A stretch of DNA of 48,243 bases from Candidatus Hodarchaeota archaeon (GTDB taxonomy: Archaea > Asgardarchaeota > Lokiarchaeia > Sigyniarchaeales > SOKP01), in assembly GCA_048887225.1 (NCBI GenBank), contig JBHLJY010000017.1, positions 1 through 48,243 on the forward strand. The letters run 5' to 3'. A model generated the notes under the pieces. The model was not told the DNA's origin, did no database searches, and worked only from the letters and a program-made list of their open reading frames with translations. The translations under genes and the position numbers were made by a program. Of this stretch, positions 9,263 to 19,581 are shown piece by piece (position 1 is the first letter of the stretch; each line of letters starts with the position of its first letter).

Positions 9263-12200
9263 ATGTCTGAATTTAAGAAAGAATTATTAGAACCAGCAGT
9301 TACAAAGAAACAAATTATCGGCGTTGTTATTATTGCTGGTATTCTAGTCAGTATGTTTGCTTTTTCTGTGTATGCTTGGAGTTTAATATTTGGAACTCAG
9401 CGAGATGAGCCAAGTAAAGAATTAGATAAAGCAGAAAAAGAAGATGTCGAACCTTTAGAACCTTACTTCCCAATTGATTTAGATGATTTAATGGATTGGC
9501 TTGCGGATAATATAGATGATCTAGACCCATCGGATCTTGATGATTTAGAAGATTTAGGTATAGACACTTCAGATTTAGATCAAGCTGATTTAGATGCATT
9601 AGCGAATTTAATAAGTGAAGAAGATGTAAGTGCCTTTTTAGAAGAAATGCTTGATGGGAGTATAGATAATTATGACCTAACAATGGCGGGTTTAGCAATT
9701 GCTGCTTTATTATTCTCAGATGTAGAAGCATTTCGAATTTATGAATATGATAATCCAATCGATGAACGAGAAGATATATTATGGAAATATGAATGTTTTG
9801 ATCAATATAATAGAGATGGATGGTCATCTACAGTGCCTATGGAGCAAACTGATTTTCTTACATTCGATGATTATTATGATCCCGCAAAAGGTTTTTCCGT
9901 TTATGATCTAATTAAATTAAAAAGAGAACTCTCTGCTATTATCGGGTCAAATTCTTTTGTTTTGGGTTCACTTTTTCCAACCCCTTATATTATCGAAGAT
10001 AGTATAGAAGCGCCTAACCTAGATCAAACGATTCTCTTTTCAGATGATTTTGGATGTGTATCATCAAATCTAATTTTTAACCAAGCTGGTGATATTGACA
10101 TGATTTACAAGTTATTTGGAGAGTTCCTCCCTACTAATGACGATATAAATGCTACAGCAGTAAGTGCAAATTATAATCCCTCAGATTCTTATTTTCAAAA
10201 ATTTTTACAACTTCCAGGTGGAATAAGTGGTTATATTAATAATCCTAATAATAATGATTTTAGGAGTCATTGGAATACCCTAAATACAACTATAAGTAGT
10301 CAAGATAACGCCTTCATGGTTGCGAATAAAATTAGAAATTATCTTCAGTCTAATTTTGATTTGAGTTTTGATGCTTTAGTTAACGACCCCCCTGGAGAAG
10401 GGGAGGATGTCGTTGAATGGTTCTGTGAAAAAGGAGAAGGTTTATATTCTGAATTTGCGTCCGCTTTCTGTGCTTTCACTAGATCTTTTGGTGTAGCAAG
10501 TCGATTTGTTGATGGATTTAACAGCAGACTTATCACAGAAGATTATGATCCTGATCCTTATTATCCAATAAAATATAAGAATATATATAATTGGGCTGAA
10601 ATTTACGTTCCTTGGGATACAACTGGATTACCAGGACACGGGAGATGGGTCCAAATGGATATTCTATATGATAGCTATGGGGCAGGAGGAAGTCCGATAA
10701 TCTTGGAGGATTTTAATCTTACAGTTGTTGCTAACTCATCATTGTTTAATAGATGGCAATGGGTAAATATTACTGCTACTCTAAGTTCTTACGAAACAAA
10801 TGTCGATGGAAGAGATATAACTTTTACAGATTTAACTACAGGACATAATATAGGTACGGTTCAAACAGATGTTAATGGGATTGCATCAATTCTAGTGGAG
10901 ATTGATAATTATTTCATTGCTGGACCAAATGTTATAGAAGCATCTCATCAAAATATTGAAAATTACACATATTTGATTGTCGATGATAAAGTATGGATAC
11001 AAAACTTTTATGTTAATCCCCAAGAAATTAATATTTCAAAAAACGAACAACCTCGGGTTAGTGGTTGGTTTAAAGACCTAGCAACTTCTGAGGGGATTGA
11101 TAATGCTGAAATTAATTTCATTTTGTTTTATAAGGGGACCAATAATATTGTACCTAATCCATTTAATCCAATGACTACCTATACATACACTTCAGGACAA
11201 AAGGGTTATTTTGAAGTATATTTAGATGTGCAGGAACATGTTCAATATGGAGAATACGAGATAAGAGCAGATTTTAACGGCTCTTGGCTGGGTTTTCCCC
11301 CTTTACCCTTTATAAATGCTTCAAGCAATAGAAAAGAGCTCAATGTTACTAAAGAATTAACTTATGATTTGTATTTTTCAATTAACGATCAACCAACAGA
11401 TTATCCCGCTGATCCTAACCCCGCAACATTAATTAATGTTAATAGGAATGATAAACTTAATCTGTCTGTAATTGTTATAGACGCAGAATATAAAACTCCA
11501 GCTTCTGGTCTTTTAGTTCAATTTTACGATTATACTAATGGAGATGTTTTAATTGGAACTGATGTTTCAGGTTTTGATGGAAATGCTTCGATTATCTATA
11601 CAATCGGTAATACTAATAAATCTGGTCCTACTTTGATTTATGCTAGGGTTGGAAGTGTTAGAAATTATTCCTATTATATCGTCAATGAATCTATATATTT
11701 TGATGTTATTTCCGGGCCAGACCCCCGTGTAGTGGATATTTCCGCATTTCCAGCAGAACAATTTAATATAAAATGTCGCCTAGCGGATTTTTTTGATAAT
11801 TCGATTAATAATACTGTGATTGCTTTAAGAATGTATAGAGGTGGCTTTGATTATACTAACTTCTTAACACCTACAAATCCAGAGTTCCCAATTCCGCTTG
11901 GTTCTAACTTTTTTGATATTTATAGGAGCGTTCAATCATTTACACCTGCAAATAATTATACATTAAGACTTGATTTTAATGGAATTTTTGATTTTACAAA
12001 TACTCCTTATCCTTATCTATTTGATTTAGGTTATTTAAGTAAGTCATTCGTATTATTGAAAGAACTTGAAGTATTTGACCCTTTCGATATTAAAATAGAC
12101 TTATCTGTGGAATGGAATCCAACAAGAGAATTTTATGATGAATTTTATCCTCCTCAAAAATATAAGCGCGGCCAAGAAGCACACTTTCAAGTTAATATTA

Positions 12201-13144
12201 CACAAAGTGATAGTCCTGTTTCATCTGGCTGGGCGACAATTTGGGATGATTATTCAAACATTTTGTTATATAATTATTCATATTTGGGATTCGAAAATGG
12301 ATTTATTCAATTTAATATATCGACTAATTTTTCATACGCCGGAATCCATAAAATCAGAGTACAATATGAAAACTATCCAACTATAAACACCACATATATT
12401 GTAATAAACGAAACTGTTAATGTTAACGCCATCCCCACTATTCAAACCACTGGAACTGATAATGTAGTTTTAAGGGGTAATGGAGGTTTTACAGTTTACG
12501 GTTATGTGATGGAAAATGGAACAGGTTTAAGAGGATTAAGAGTTAAATTATTATTATTAAATAAAACTTACGATAATGTTTCATATTACTTAATTGGCAA
12601 TCCTTTTGATCTTACAAATAGTACTGGCAACTTTACAATTCAAATTAATTCAATCGACTTAAATTGTCCTCAAGGAGAATATTATTTAATAATTGATTTT
12701 AATGGAAGCATTAATATTCCTGAAACACCTGGTATAATTCTAATACCAAATTACATGATTAATAAAAACAGCAACGTTGTAAATTTGAGTATTACAGCAG
12801 GTACATCAGTAATTAATGGTTATTATGATACTAGAGTTGTAAAAGATTCTTGGTATGAAGGTGATGATTTATATGTGTATGGTAATTTAATATGGGATAA
12901 TATGTCGGCAATTGAAAACATGAAGGTAAATATAACAGTAAAAGATAGTAATAATCAAATTTTAGCAACTGTTATTAACCCTGATGTTACTGATGTCAAT
13001 GGATTTTTTAACGTCACTTTAACCGTTGGAGCTTGGCCTGATAATGCTCAAATATGGATTTATTTCTTTCCAGAAAATAATTTTCCATTTCCAGAATCTT
13101 TCTATGTAGAAGCTGTTCAAATACAAGTATTTAGACAGCCTTAA
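9263..13144 (+). CDS. Large membrane-anchored surface protein: acidic stalk, transglutaminase-like domain (degenerate triad), multiple Ig-like beta-sandwich repeats
   Basis: N-terminal TM; DLDD-rich region; TGase-like core GLYSEFASAFCAFTRSFGVASRFVDGF / IYNWAEIY / GRWVQMD; repeats such as GTVQTDVNGIASI, GTDVSGFDGNASI, TDVNGFFNVT; many NxS/T sequons. Confidence 0.85.
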   Translation: MSEFKKELLEPAVTKKQIIGVVIIAGILVSMFAFSVYAWSLIFGTQRDEPSKELDKAEKEDVEPLEPYFPIDLDDLMDWLADNIDDLDPSDLDDLEDLGIDTSDLDQADLDALANLISEEDVSAFLEEMLDGSIDNYDLTMAGLAIAALLFSDVEAFRIYEYDNPIDEREDILWKYECFDQYNRDGWSSTVPMEQTDFLTFDDYYDPAKGFSVYDLIKLKRELSAIIGSNSFVLGSLFPTPYIIEDSIEAPNLDQTILFSDDFGCVSSNLIFNQAGDIDMIYKLFGEFLPTNDDINATAVSANYNPSDSYFQKFLQLPGGISGYINNPNNNDFRSHWNTLNTTISSQDNAFMVANKIRNYLQSNFDLSFDALVNDPPGEGEDVVEWFCEKGEGLYSEFASAFCAFTRSFGVASRFVDGFNSRLITEDYDPDPYYPIKYKNIYNWAEIYVPWDTTGLPGHGRWVQMDILYDSYGAGGSPIILEDFNLTVVANSSLFNRWQWVNITATLSSYETNVDGRDITFTDLTTGHNIGTVQTDVNGIASILVEIDNYFIAGPNVIEASHQNIENYTYLIVDDKVWIQNFYVNPQEINISKNEQPRVSGWFKDLATSEGIDNAEINFILFYKGTNNIVPNPFNPMTTYTYTSGQKGYFEVYLDVQEHVQYGEYEIRADFNGSWLGFPPLPFINASSNRKELNVTKELTYDLYFSINDQPTDYPADPNPATLINVNRNDKLNLSVIVIDAEYKTPASGLLVQFYDYTNGDVLIGTDVSGFDGNASIIYTIGNTNKSGPTLIYARVGSVRNYSYYIVNESIYFDVISGPDPRVVDISAFPAEQFNIKCRLADFFDNSINNTVIALRMYRGGFDYTNFLTPTNPEFPIPLGSNFFDIYRSVQSFTPANNYTLRLDFNGIFDFTNTPYPYLFDLGYLSKSFVLLKELEVFDPFDIKIDLSVEWNPTREFYDEFYPPQKYKRGQEAHFQVNITQSDSPVSSGWATIWDDYSNILLYNYSYLGFENGFIQFNISTNFSYAGIHKIRVQYENYPTINTTYIVINETVNVNAIPTIQTTGTDNVVLRGNGGFTVYGYVMENGTGLRGLRVKLLLLNKTYDNVSYYLIGNPFDLTNSTGNFTIQINSIDLNCPQGEYYLIIDFNGSINIPETPGIILIPNYMINKNSNVVNLSITAGTSVINGYYDTRVVKDSWYEGDDLYVYGNLIWDNMSAIENMKVNITVKDSNNQILATVINPDVTDVNGFFNVTLTVGAWPDNAQIWIYFFPENNFPFPESFYVEAVQIQVFRQP

Positions 13145-13173
13145 TACAAATTTCAACAAAATAAAATAAGATT

Positions 13174-14811
13174 ATGAATTGTCAAGGGATTACTAATCGA
13201 CATAATCACAAGGAAAGAAAATTAGGAACTTTAATTTCAATACTTACTATAATTATTTTAATAATTTTTTTAAATTCAACTGATCAATATAGTAAAGAAG
13301 ATAAATCAAATATAGATTTTATTAATAAAAATCCTAAAATTTCATGGGGATGGGCAACACTAGATCTTACTAATCCTATTGAAGTGAATAATACATTATT
13401 TCCACATAATATTGAAATATTTGTTAAAGGTAGACTTTATAATAAAATAAATGGTACTGGTAAAGCAGGAAGAGATGTAATTCTTGTTGTAGATGGTGTA
13501 CAAGATCCGAGGTACACTAATACAACCGATAATGATGGAAAGTTTCAAATAAATTATACGGTTGATCCATCTCTAAATGTTTTTTCGAAACATAAAATTG
13601 AAGTGCTAGTCACTAACATACCTCCAGGAGGTGAAGTTGAATATCGACATCATTATATTATAGAAGTAAATGCTACCTCCTATTTCGATGTAGATAGTTA
13701 TAATTTAAACAATCCCCAATTTGCAGGAGGATCTTATAAAATCCCTGGCTTTTTAAGGTACGATAATAGCAGTGGTATTAAAAACGTTACAATAAATTAT
13801 TATTGGTATAACGAGTCTTCAGAGAAATGGCCTATGAATACATTTAAGACAAATATAATTGATGGTTCATTAAAAAAAATAGCTCTACCCCTTGATGATA
13901 ATTATTCTAAAACAATACATTTAAACTTAACTTATGCGGGAAATATTCCACATATTAACGGAACCCAAAAATTACTATCAGTCCAACTTTATAGAAATAT
14001 TACTTGCGTATGGAATACAGTAGGTTCTGCAACAGAGGGAAATACAATTACAATTAGAGGACAATTATTCGCAAGAAATAACTCGAATCTTAAAATTAAT
14101 TTTACAGAAATAGAATTAAATATCATTAATGGTTCTTTAATTGGTAACACTACTACAGATGCTAACGGCAATTTTACCTACAGTTATCAAATTCCAATAG
14201 GAATAATAGGTAATCGTTCTATTGAAGTAAGGCTTTTAAATTTTTTGAATGTATTTTCAAACACGACACATCTCATCAGTATAGCTTCAGCACCACTCGC
14301 TCCAATCACTCCATCTGGTAGTATAGGAGATGGTGATGAAGATACACCACCACCTTTCCAAAACTTCTTCATGATATTTATTCCTATTATTATAGGCATT
14401 GCTGCCGCATTAATTATTTTTGCTTATTTTCATTTAAGAAAGCAAAAAGAGGAAGCATTAATAGTGAAGCTACCTCTCGAAGATAGAATAAGGAATCTTA
14501 AAATTCTAAAAGATACAGGAAGATTGGAGGAAGCTCTATCTTATCTATTTCAATCAATTTATATTGAATTAATTAATGCTAAATATGGCAGAAAAAAGAA
14601 TGAGAATGAAACAATTAGAGATTTTGCCATAATTTCAGTCAAAGAATTAAAACTAAATCCAGCATCAATTTATCCATTCATACAAAATGTTGAAAAAATC
14701 ATTTACGATAAACCATTTATAATTAAAGAACAAGATTTTTATGCTTCAGTAGAACTATTTTCGCCAATATATTTCGAGTTAACTGGATATCAATTTATTT
14801 TAAATTTTTGA
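13174..14811 (+). CDS. Membrane-anchored Ig-like surface protein with C-terminal DUF4129-like domain
   Basis: N-terminal TM, Ig-like repeats (TTDNDGKFQINY, TTDANGNFTYSY), dense NxS/T sequons, second TM near aa 398-421, then EEALSYLF...NETIRDFA...VEKIIY. Confidence 0.78.
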   Translation: MNCQGITNRHNHKERKLGTLISILTIIILIIFLNSTDQYSKEDKSNIDFINKNPKISWGWATLDLTNPIEVNNTLFPHNIEIFVKGRLYNKINGTGKAGRDVILVVDGVQDPRYTNTTDNDGKFQINYTVDPSLNVFSKHKIEVLVTNIPPGGEVEYRHHYIIEVNATSYFDVDSYNLNNPQFAGGSYKIPGFLRYDNSSGIKNVTINYYWYNESSEKWPMNTFKTNIIDGSLKKIALPLDDNYSKTIHLNLTYAGNIPHINGTQKLLSVQLYRNITCVWNTVGSATEGNTITIRGQLFARNNSNLKINFTEIELNIINGSLIGNTTTDANGNFTYSYQIPIGIIGNRSIEVRLLNFLNVFSNTTHLISIASAPLAPITPSGSIGDGDEDTPPPFQNFFMIFIPIIIGIAAALIIFAYFHLRKQKEEALIVKLPLEDRIRNLKILKDTGRLEEALSYLFQSIYIELINAKYGRKKNENETIRDFAIISVKELKLNPASIYPFIQNVEKIIYDKPFIIKEQDFYASVELFSPIYFELTGYQFILNF

Positions 14812-14942
14812 TAAACGTATTCAATAAAAGAAAGGTATAAAAATCAATTTTAAAAGAAAACAAAAAAAAGTACAAAATGTTATAAATTCAAAAAAAATTA
14901 TTAAATAAACTGTTTAATGAAATAAAGAAATGATGAATAAAG

Positions 14943-15329
14943 ATGGTTAAATTAACAACAAAAAAAAAGAAAAAGAAAAAATCAGAACCAGAATTCAATA
15001 TTAAAGATAGATTCCGCAATGTTAAAGTTTTAGTAGAAACAAATAGACCAAAAGAAGCTATTGCTTATATTTACTTGGTATATTGTGCTGTCATGGATCA
15101 CAAGTTTAGAAAGCCTCGTTTGCCTCATCAAACTATTCGAGAATACGCCATTACTGCTGTAAATCAATTAGGTCAATCACCTGAATCAACTTATTCATTT
15201 GTAAAACACATAGAAGATATTATCTATGGAGGGTTAGAGCCAACAACAAACGAAATCAATTACACGGCAAAATTATTTTCAACTTTATATAAAGAAGTCA
15301 CCAAAAAAACCTTTTCATTTAGTATATAA
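14943..15329 (+). CDS. Stand-alone DUF4129-like protein
   Basis: KEAIAYIY...PHQTIREYA...IEDIIYGG; clearly similar to the C-terminal domain of the preceding gene. Confidence 0.72.
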   Translation: MVKLTTKKKKKKKSEPEFNIKDRFRNVKVLVETNRPKEAIAYIYLVYCAVMDHKFRKPRLPHQTIREYAITAVNQLGQSPESTYSFVKHIEDIIYGGLEPTTNEINYTAKLFSTLYKEVTKKTFSFSI

Positions 15330-15385
15330 TTGTTTTAAACTAGTTTTGGATTAAATAATTTAAATAAATAAAAAAGAACATTAAT

Positions 15386-17119
15386 ATGGTTAAAATTAAG
15401 GGAGGAAAATCTTCAGAAAGAAGTATCCATATTTCAAAGGGAATTATATATACCTTTTTTACAGTATATCTTATAGTTTATGGAATTGGTATTAGTATTT
15501 TTATTGAGAATTATGAAGACCCCATACCTCTATTTGTAAGTTACCTTCCTCTTTTATGTTTTGTTGGCGCAGCGTTTACAAGTATTGCTTTATTAATTTT
15601 TATTAGAAATGTTCGTATACATAAGTCTCGTGAAAGTAAATCTCGAAAAAAGGCAGGAGGTTCAATTTACAAACAAGCTTTATTATTAATTATATTTGTT
15701 TTTTCATTCATTCCTTTATTGGCACCAATAATCGATCAAGGGAAAAATGATCAAAATTTCTCAATATACAATGATGATTGGAATGGTTGTTCTGATTTTA
15801 AGGAATTATTAGAAGAAAAAGGATATGATGTTTATAGCATTCAATCAAGTTTAAGTACAACCGAAAGGTTGAATAAGTCTGTTGTATTAGTTATGTTAGG
15901 TTCAAATGAATTCTATAACCCAATTTACGAAATTCCTTATTTTATGGAATTTTTAGAAAGGGGAAACTCAATTTTATTATGTCATGACCATGGTTCTACA
16001 AGTACATTATTATGGGAAATCTTTTTTGCCAATATTTTGAATCCAGATGTGAAAGAATTAGTACCAATTACTATATTTCCTGATGGTGTTTTGCGCGATC
16101 ATGGATCCTACGATAAAAGAGCCACCTTTCCTGTTATAACAACCTTTAAAAGTCATCCAATAACAGATGGGCTTAATAAAATTATTCTTTCCCATAGCAG
16201 TGTAGCAGTAGGCGGACCGTTTGTTGAATATTCAGGATGGGATGTTTTAGGATATTCAACTGCTTCAAGTTTTGTTGATAAAAATGACGATAAGAAATTT
16301 GATGTGGACGATGATAACATTGATCTTAGTTTTTATGCTGATTCTATTGGTGAGGATTTTCCAGATGATTTATTAGAGTTCCCTCTCGGAATATATGAAC
16401 AAGCAGTTTTTATGGCAAAAGAAACTGATGATGCGCGATTAGTCGTTACAGCTGACGCAAGCTTATTTAATAACGAATTAATTAATGAAGATGGTTATGA
16501 TAATCAAAAATTTGCTCTTAATATAATTAAATGGCTTACACATGGAGAGGATAAAGATGATTGGATAATTGCCATTGATGAAGCTCATATACGCCCAGAG
16601 AATTCAAGAGATATGACATCAGCAGGAATATATGGCTTTTACATTCAATATATAGTTCATCTTTCAACCAACCCGATTACGGCGTGGATTTATCCGCTTT
16701 TAGCGATTTATACCTTAAATAGATACTTACCTAGAAAAAATAAAAAAAAAGAAGAAGAAAAGAAAGCTAAAGAGGAAGAAAAAAAGGAAGAGCAAGCAAG
16801 ATTCAGGACATCGTCTTTCTTTGCAAAAAAAATCGAATGGTACAGAGAAAAAGCGCGATTTGGTAAAGCATTAACTTTACTTTATCGAAGACTAGAACGG
16901 AGATTAAATGTGCAACTTGGAGAGCGTAAAATTACAACAGAAAATGTGGTTAGTTTGGTAACTTCTAAAGATCCAAATATAACAAAACTCAAGATCAGAA
17001 GAATAACTAGATTCATTGAAAGAATATTATTAATAAAAAGAGGAAAACGAAAAGTTAGAAGTGAACAAGAATTTGAGGAGTTATTCTTCGAGATGGAATG
17101 GGTTGTTAACAATATTTAA
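15386..17119 (+). CDS. DUF4350-like (GldG/IFT52-type fold) membrane protein
   Basis: Three N-terminal TMs, FSIYNDDWNGCSDFKELL, VVTADASLFNNELI...NQKFALNIIKWL, IDEAH, then a TM and a basic tail. Typical neighbour of MoxR. Confidence 0.72.
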   Translation: MVKIKGGKSSERSIHISKGIIYTFFTVYLIVYGIGISIFIENYEDPIPLFVSYLPLLCFVGAAFTSIALLIFIRNVRIHKSRESKSRKKAGGSIYKQALLLIIFVFSFIPLLAPIIDQGKNDQNFSIYNDDWNGCSDFKELLEEKGYDVYSIQSSLSTTERLNKSVVLVMLGSNEFYNPIYEIPYFMEFLERGNSILLCHDHGSTSTLLWEIFFANILNPDVKELVPITIFPDGVLRDHGSYDKRATFPVITTFKSHPITDGLNKIILSHSSVAVGGPFVEYSGWDVLGYSTASSFVDKNDDKKFDVDDDNIDLSFYADSIGEDFPDDLLEFPLGIYEQAVFMAKETDDARLVVTADASLFNNELINEDGYDNQKFALNIIKWLTHGEDKDDWIIAIDEAHIRPENSRDMTSAGIYGFYIQYIVHLSTNPITAWIYPLLAIYTLNRYLPRKNKKKEEEKKAKEEEKKEEQARFRTSSFFAKKIEWYREKARFGKALTLLYRRLERRLNVQLGERKITTENVVSLVTSKDPNITKLKIRRITRFIERILLIKRGKRKVRSEQEFEELFFEMEWVVNNI

Positions 17120-17181
17120 TTTAATCAAGTTTATAAAAAAAAAATAAAGTTATAAAAATAAAAAAAAGAAGTGAAAATGAT

Positions 17182-18159
17182 ATGGAAGTTCAAGAAAAAG
17201 GTCAATATCGAGATGAAGAGTTAGATGTGCAACCAGTTCGCGATATAGCACAGGAGGTGTTGAGCGAAGTTTCGCGGGTTATCGTGGGTTATGGAGATAT
17301 ACTTCAACAACTGTTTATCGCTCTGCTCGTGAACGGGCATGTCCTTTTAGAAGGTGTTCCAGGACTCGGTAAAACTGTTATGGCAAAGACGTTCGCAAAA
17401 ACCCTTGGAATCTCTTTTAGGCGAATTCAATTTACGCCAGATTTATTGCCAGCTGATATAACTGGAACAAAAATCTTTTCGCAAGAAGAGGGCACGTTCG
17501 TTCTCCAAAAAGGACCTGTTTTTGCAAATTTAGTTTTAGCTGATGAAATTAATAGAGCGGCTCCAAAAACGCAAGCAGCACTACTTGAATCAATGGCCGA
17601 AAGGCAAGTAACAATCGAAGGAGAAACTTTACCGCTAGAATCGCCATTTATAGTAGTAGCAACAGAAAATCCTGTAGAGATGGAGGGAACATACCCTCTG
17701 CCGGAAGCTCAAGTAGATCGTTTTCTTTTTAAACTCTGGCTTGATTATCCTGAACAAGACGATGAAGTTGAAATTCTCAAGAGACAAGTAGGAGGTGAAT
17801 CTCCATCAGTAGATCACGTTACCACAGGAGAAGAAATTTTAGCTGCTCAAAAATTAATGAATAAAGTATATATTGATGATAGGATCTTAAAATATATTCG
17901 AGATATTGTCTTAAAAACCCGTAATCACCCACAAGTTGCATTAGGTTGTGGACCACGCGCTAGTTTAGTTTTAATGAAAACTTCTAAGGCAAGAGCTGCC
18001 ATTTTAGGTCGAACTTACGTAACGCCAGATGATATTAGAGCGTTAGTAGTTTCTGCATTCAATCACCGAATTCTTTTAAAGCCAGAAGCTGAACTTGAAG
18101 GTCTTGATATTAAAACAGTGATAACAACAATATTAGAAGAAATTCCAATCCCTATCTAA
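17182..18159 (+). CDS. moxR: MoxR-family AAA+ ATPase (MoxR proper)
   Basis: GHVLLEGVPGLGKT, RIQFTPDLLPADITG, LADEINRAAPKTQAALLE, NPVEMEGTYPLPEAQVDRF. Confidence 0.97.
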   Translation: MEVQEKGQYRDEELDVQPVRDIAQEVLSEVSRVIVGYGDILQQLFIALLVNGHVLLEGVPGLGKTVMAKTFAKTLGISFRRIQFTPDLLPADITGTKIFSQEEGTFVLQKGPVFANLVLADEINRAAPKTQAALLESMAERQVTIEGETLPLESPFIVVATENPVEMEGTYPLPEAQVDRFLFKLWLDYPEQDDEVEILKRQVGGESPSVDHVTTGEEILAAQKLMNKVYIDDRILKYIRDIVLKTRNHPQVALGCGPRASLVLMKTSKARAAILGRTYVTPDDIRALVVSAFNHRILLKPEAELEGLDIKTVITTILEEIPIPI

Positions 18160-18252
18160 TATATTTTTATAATTGTTTGATAATCTGATGAATTCAATAG
18201 AATAAAAAATGATTTATTAAAAAACTTTAGAAATTTAATATGGTGTTTTAAA

Positions 18253-19581
18253 ATACTCGGTGGAAAAGGTAGAATTTTAGTTATATTTGCAGTTTTTTTT
18301 CTCACAGCTGGTTTTGCATTTGTTAATTATTTTTTGATTTACTTTGCCATATTATTATTATTCAGTACTATCATTAGCTTGCCAATTTTCCATTATCAGA
18401 TGAATATCGAAGAATTGAAAGTACATAGAGAACTTGAAAAAGAGAAAGTTTTCAAAGACGATTTCTTTCATGTCAAGGTCGTCATAGAGAATACAGGTAA
18501 AAATAATTTTGATTTTCTTGAGATTAGAGATTATTACAATCCCCAACTATTTAGATTAATTTTAGGAGAGAATTATATTACTACTCGAATAGGTGCTAAA
18601 CATACGGTTAAATTTTCTTATGTTCTTGAGCCAAAAGTTAGAGGTGAATATCCTCTCGGACCTCTATCTGTAACAATTAAAGATCGATTAGGATTTAATT
18701 CGTTAGAAAGAATTGTTCCCGATAGCGTTTCAACCATTCTGGTTTATCCACCCTATGAAGACATTAAAAGAATTGAAATCTTAGGTTCTAAGAGATCTCT
18801 GCAATTAAGCTATGGAACTCAAAGGTCAAAGCAAAAAGGGCTTGGTTCAGAATTTTATGGAATGCGCAAATATGTTTTTGGAGATCAATTTAGACTAATT
18901 GATTGGAAAGCAAGTGCCCGAACTCAGAAATTAATTGTAAAAGAATTTGAAACTGAAAGAGATGTAACTGTTATGATTCTGGTAGATTCTTCTAGTACAA
19001 TGGCAGGAGGAGCTATAGAAAATACTAAATTTGAATATGCTATTAGGGCATGTATGCTATTAACAAAAGTTGCTCTAACCCGCAGAGATAATGTCGGCGT
19101 GTTTACCTTCTCAGATAAAAAGAATATGCATTTGTTAAAGCCTGGCAGAGGTGAGGATCATTTTTATCAAGTACTAGATTTTGTTGCAAAAATTAAGCCA
19201 CAGGGTAAGTGTAAAATGGTTGAAGCAATAGATTTTTTTATAAGGCGATTTCAAAAAAGATCCTTAATTTTTATTATTTCAGATTTAGAAGCAGAATCAA
19301 AAGAAATAAGTATGGCTGTTAGAAAATTAATACCTTTTAACCATACTATTATTGTGATTAATCCCTTCAGTCCTTGGTTTGAAATCCACGAAATTGATTT
19401 ATCATCAACCGATAAAGCTCTAGCTGAAGCAATAAGTGAAGAAATGATGGAACACATTCTTAAAATTAGGCAAGAGGTCCGTAATATTGGTGTAAATCTC
19501 GTAACAGTTGGTCCAGACGATATAATGAAACAAGTGCTCCATAATTATTTAGAAGCAAAGAAAAAGGGGTTTGCCTATTAA
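18253..19581 (+). CDS. DUF58 / VWA-domain protein, MoxR partner (ORF track starts at 18334; ATA start at 18253 proposed)
   Basis: EFYGMRKYVFGDQFRLIDWKASART, VKEFETE, MIDAS-like DSSSTM, IISD. The frame is open from 18184 and encodes ILGGKGRILVIFAVFFLTAGFAF upstream of the tracked TTG. Confidence 0.9.
   Translation: MLGGKGRILVIFAVFFLTAGFAFVNYFLIYFAILLLFSTIISLPIFHYQMNIEELKVHRELEKEKVFKDDFFHVKVVIENTGKNNFDFLEIRDYYNPQLFRLILGENYITTRIGAKHTVKFSYVLEPKVRGEYPLGPLSVTIKDRLGFNSLERIVPDSVSTILVYPPYEDIKRIEILGSKRSLQLSYGTQRSKQKGLGSEFYGMRKYVFGDQFRLIDWKASARTQKLIVKEFETERDVTVMILVDSSSTMAGGAIENTKFEYAIRACMLLTKVALTRRDNVGVFTFSDKKNMHLLKPGRGEDHFYQVLDFVAKIKPQGKCKMVEAIDFFIRRFQKRSLIFIISDLEAESKEISMAVRKLIPFNHTIIVINPFSPWFEIHEIDLSSTDKALAEAISEEMMEHILKIRQEVRNIGVNLVTVGPDDIMKQVLHNYLEAKKKGFAY

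Noticed and set aside
17182-17460. Locally higher GC at the 5' part of moxR as a sign of HGT
   Set aside because: Judged by eye only; explainable by amino-acid composition of a conserved ATPase, and no mobility signatures are present.
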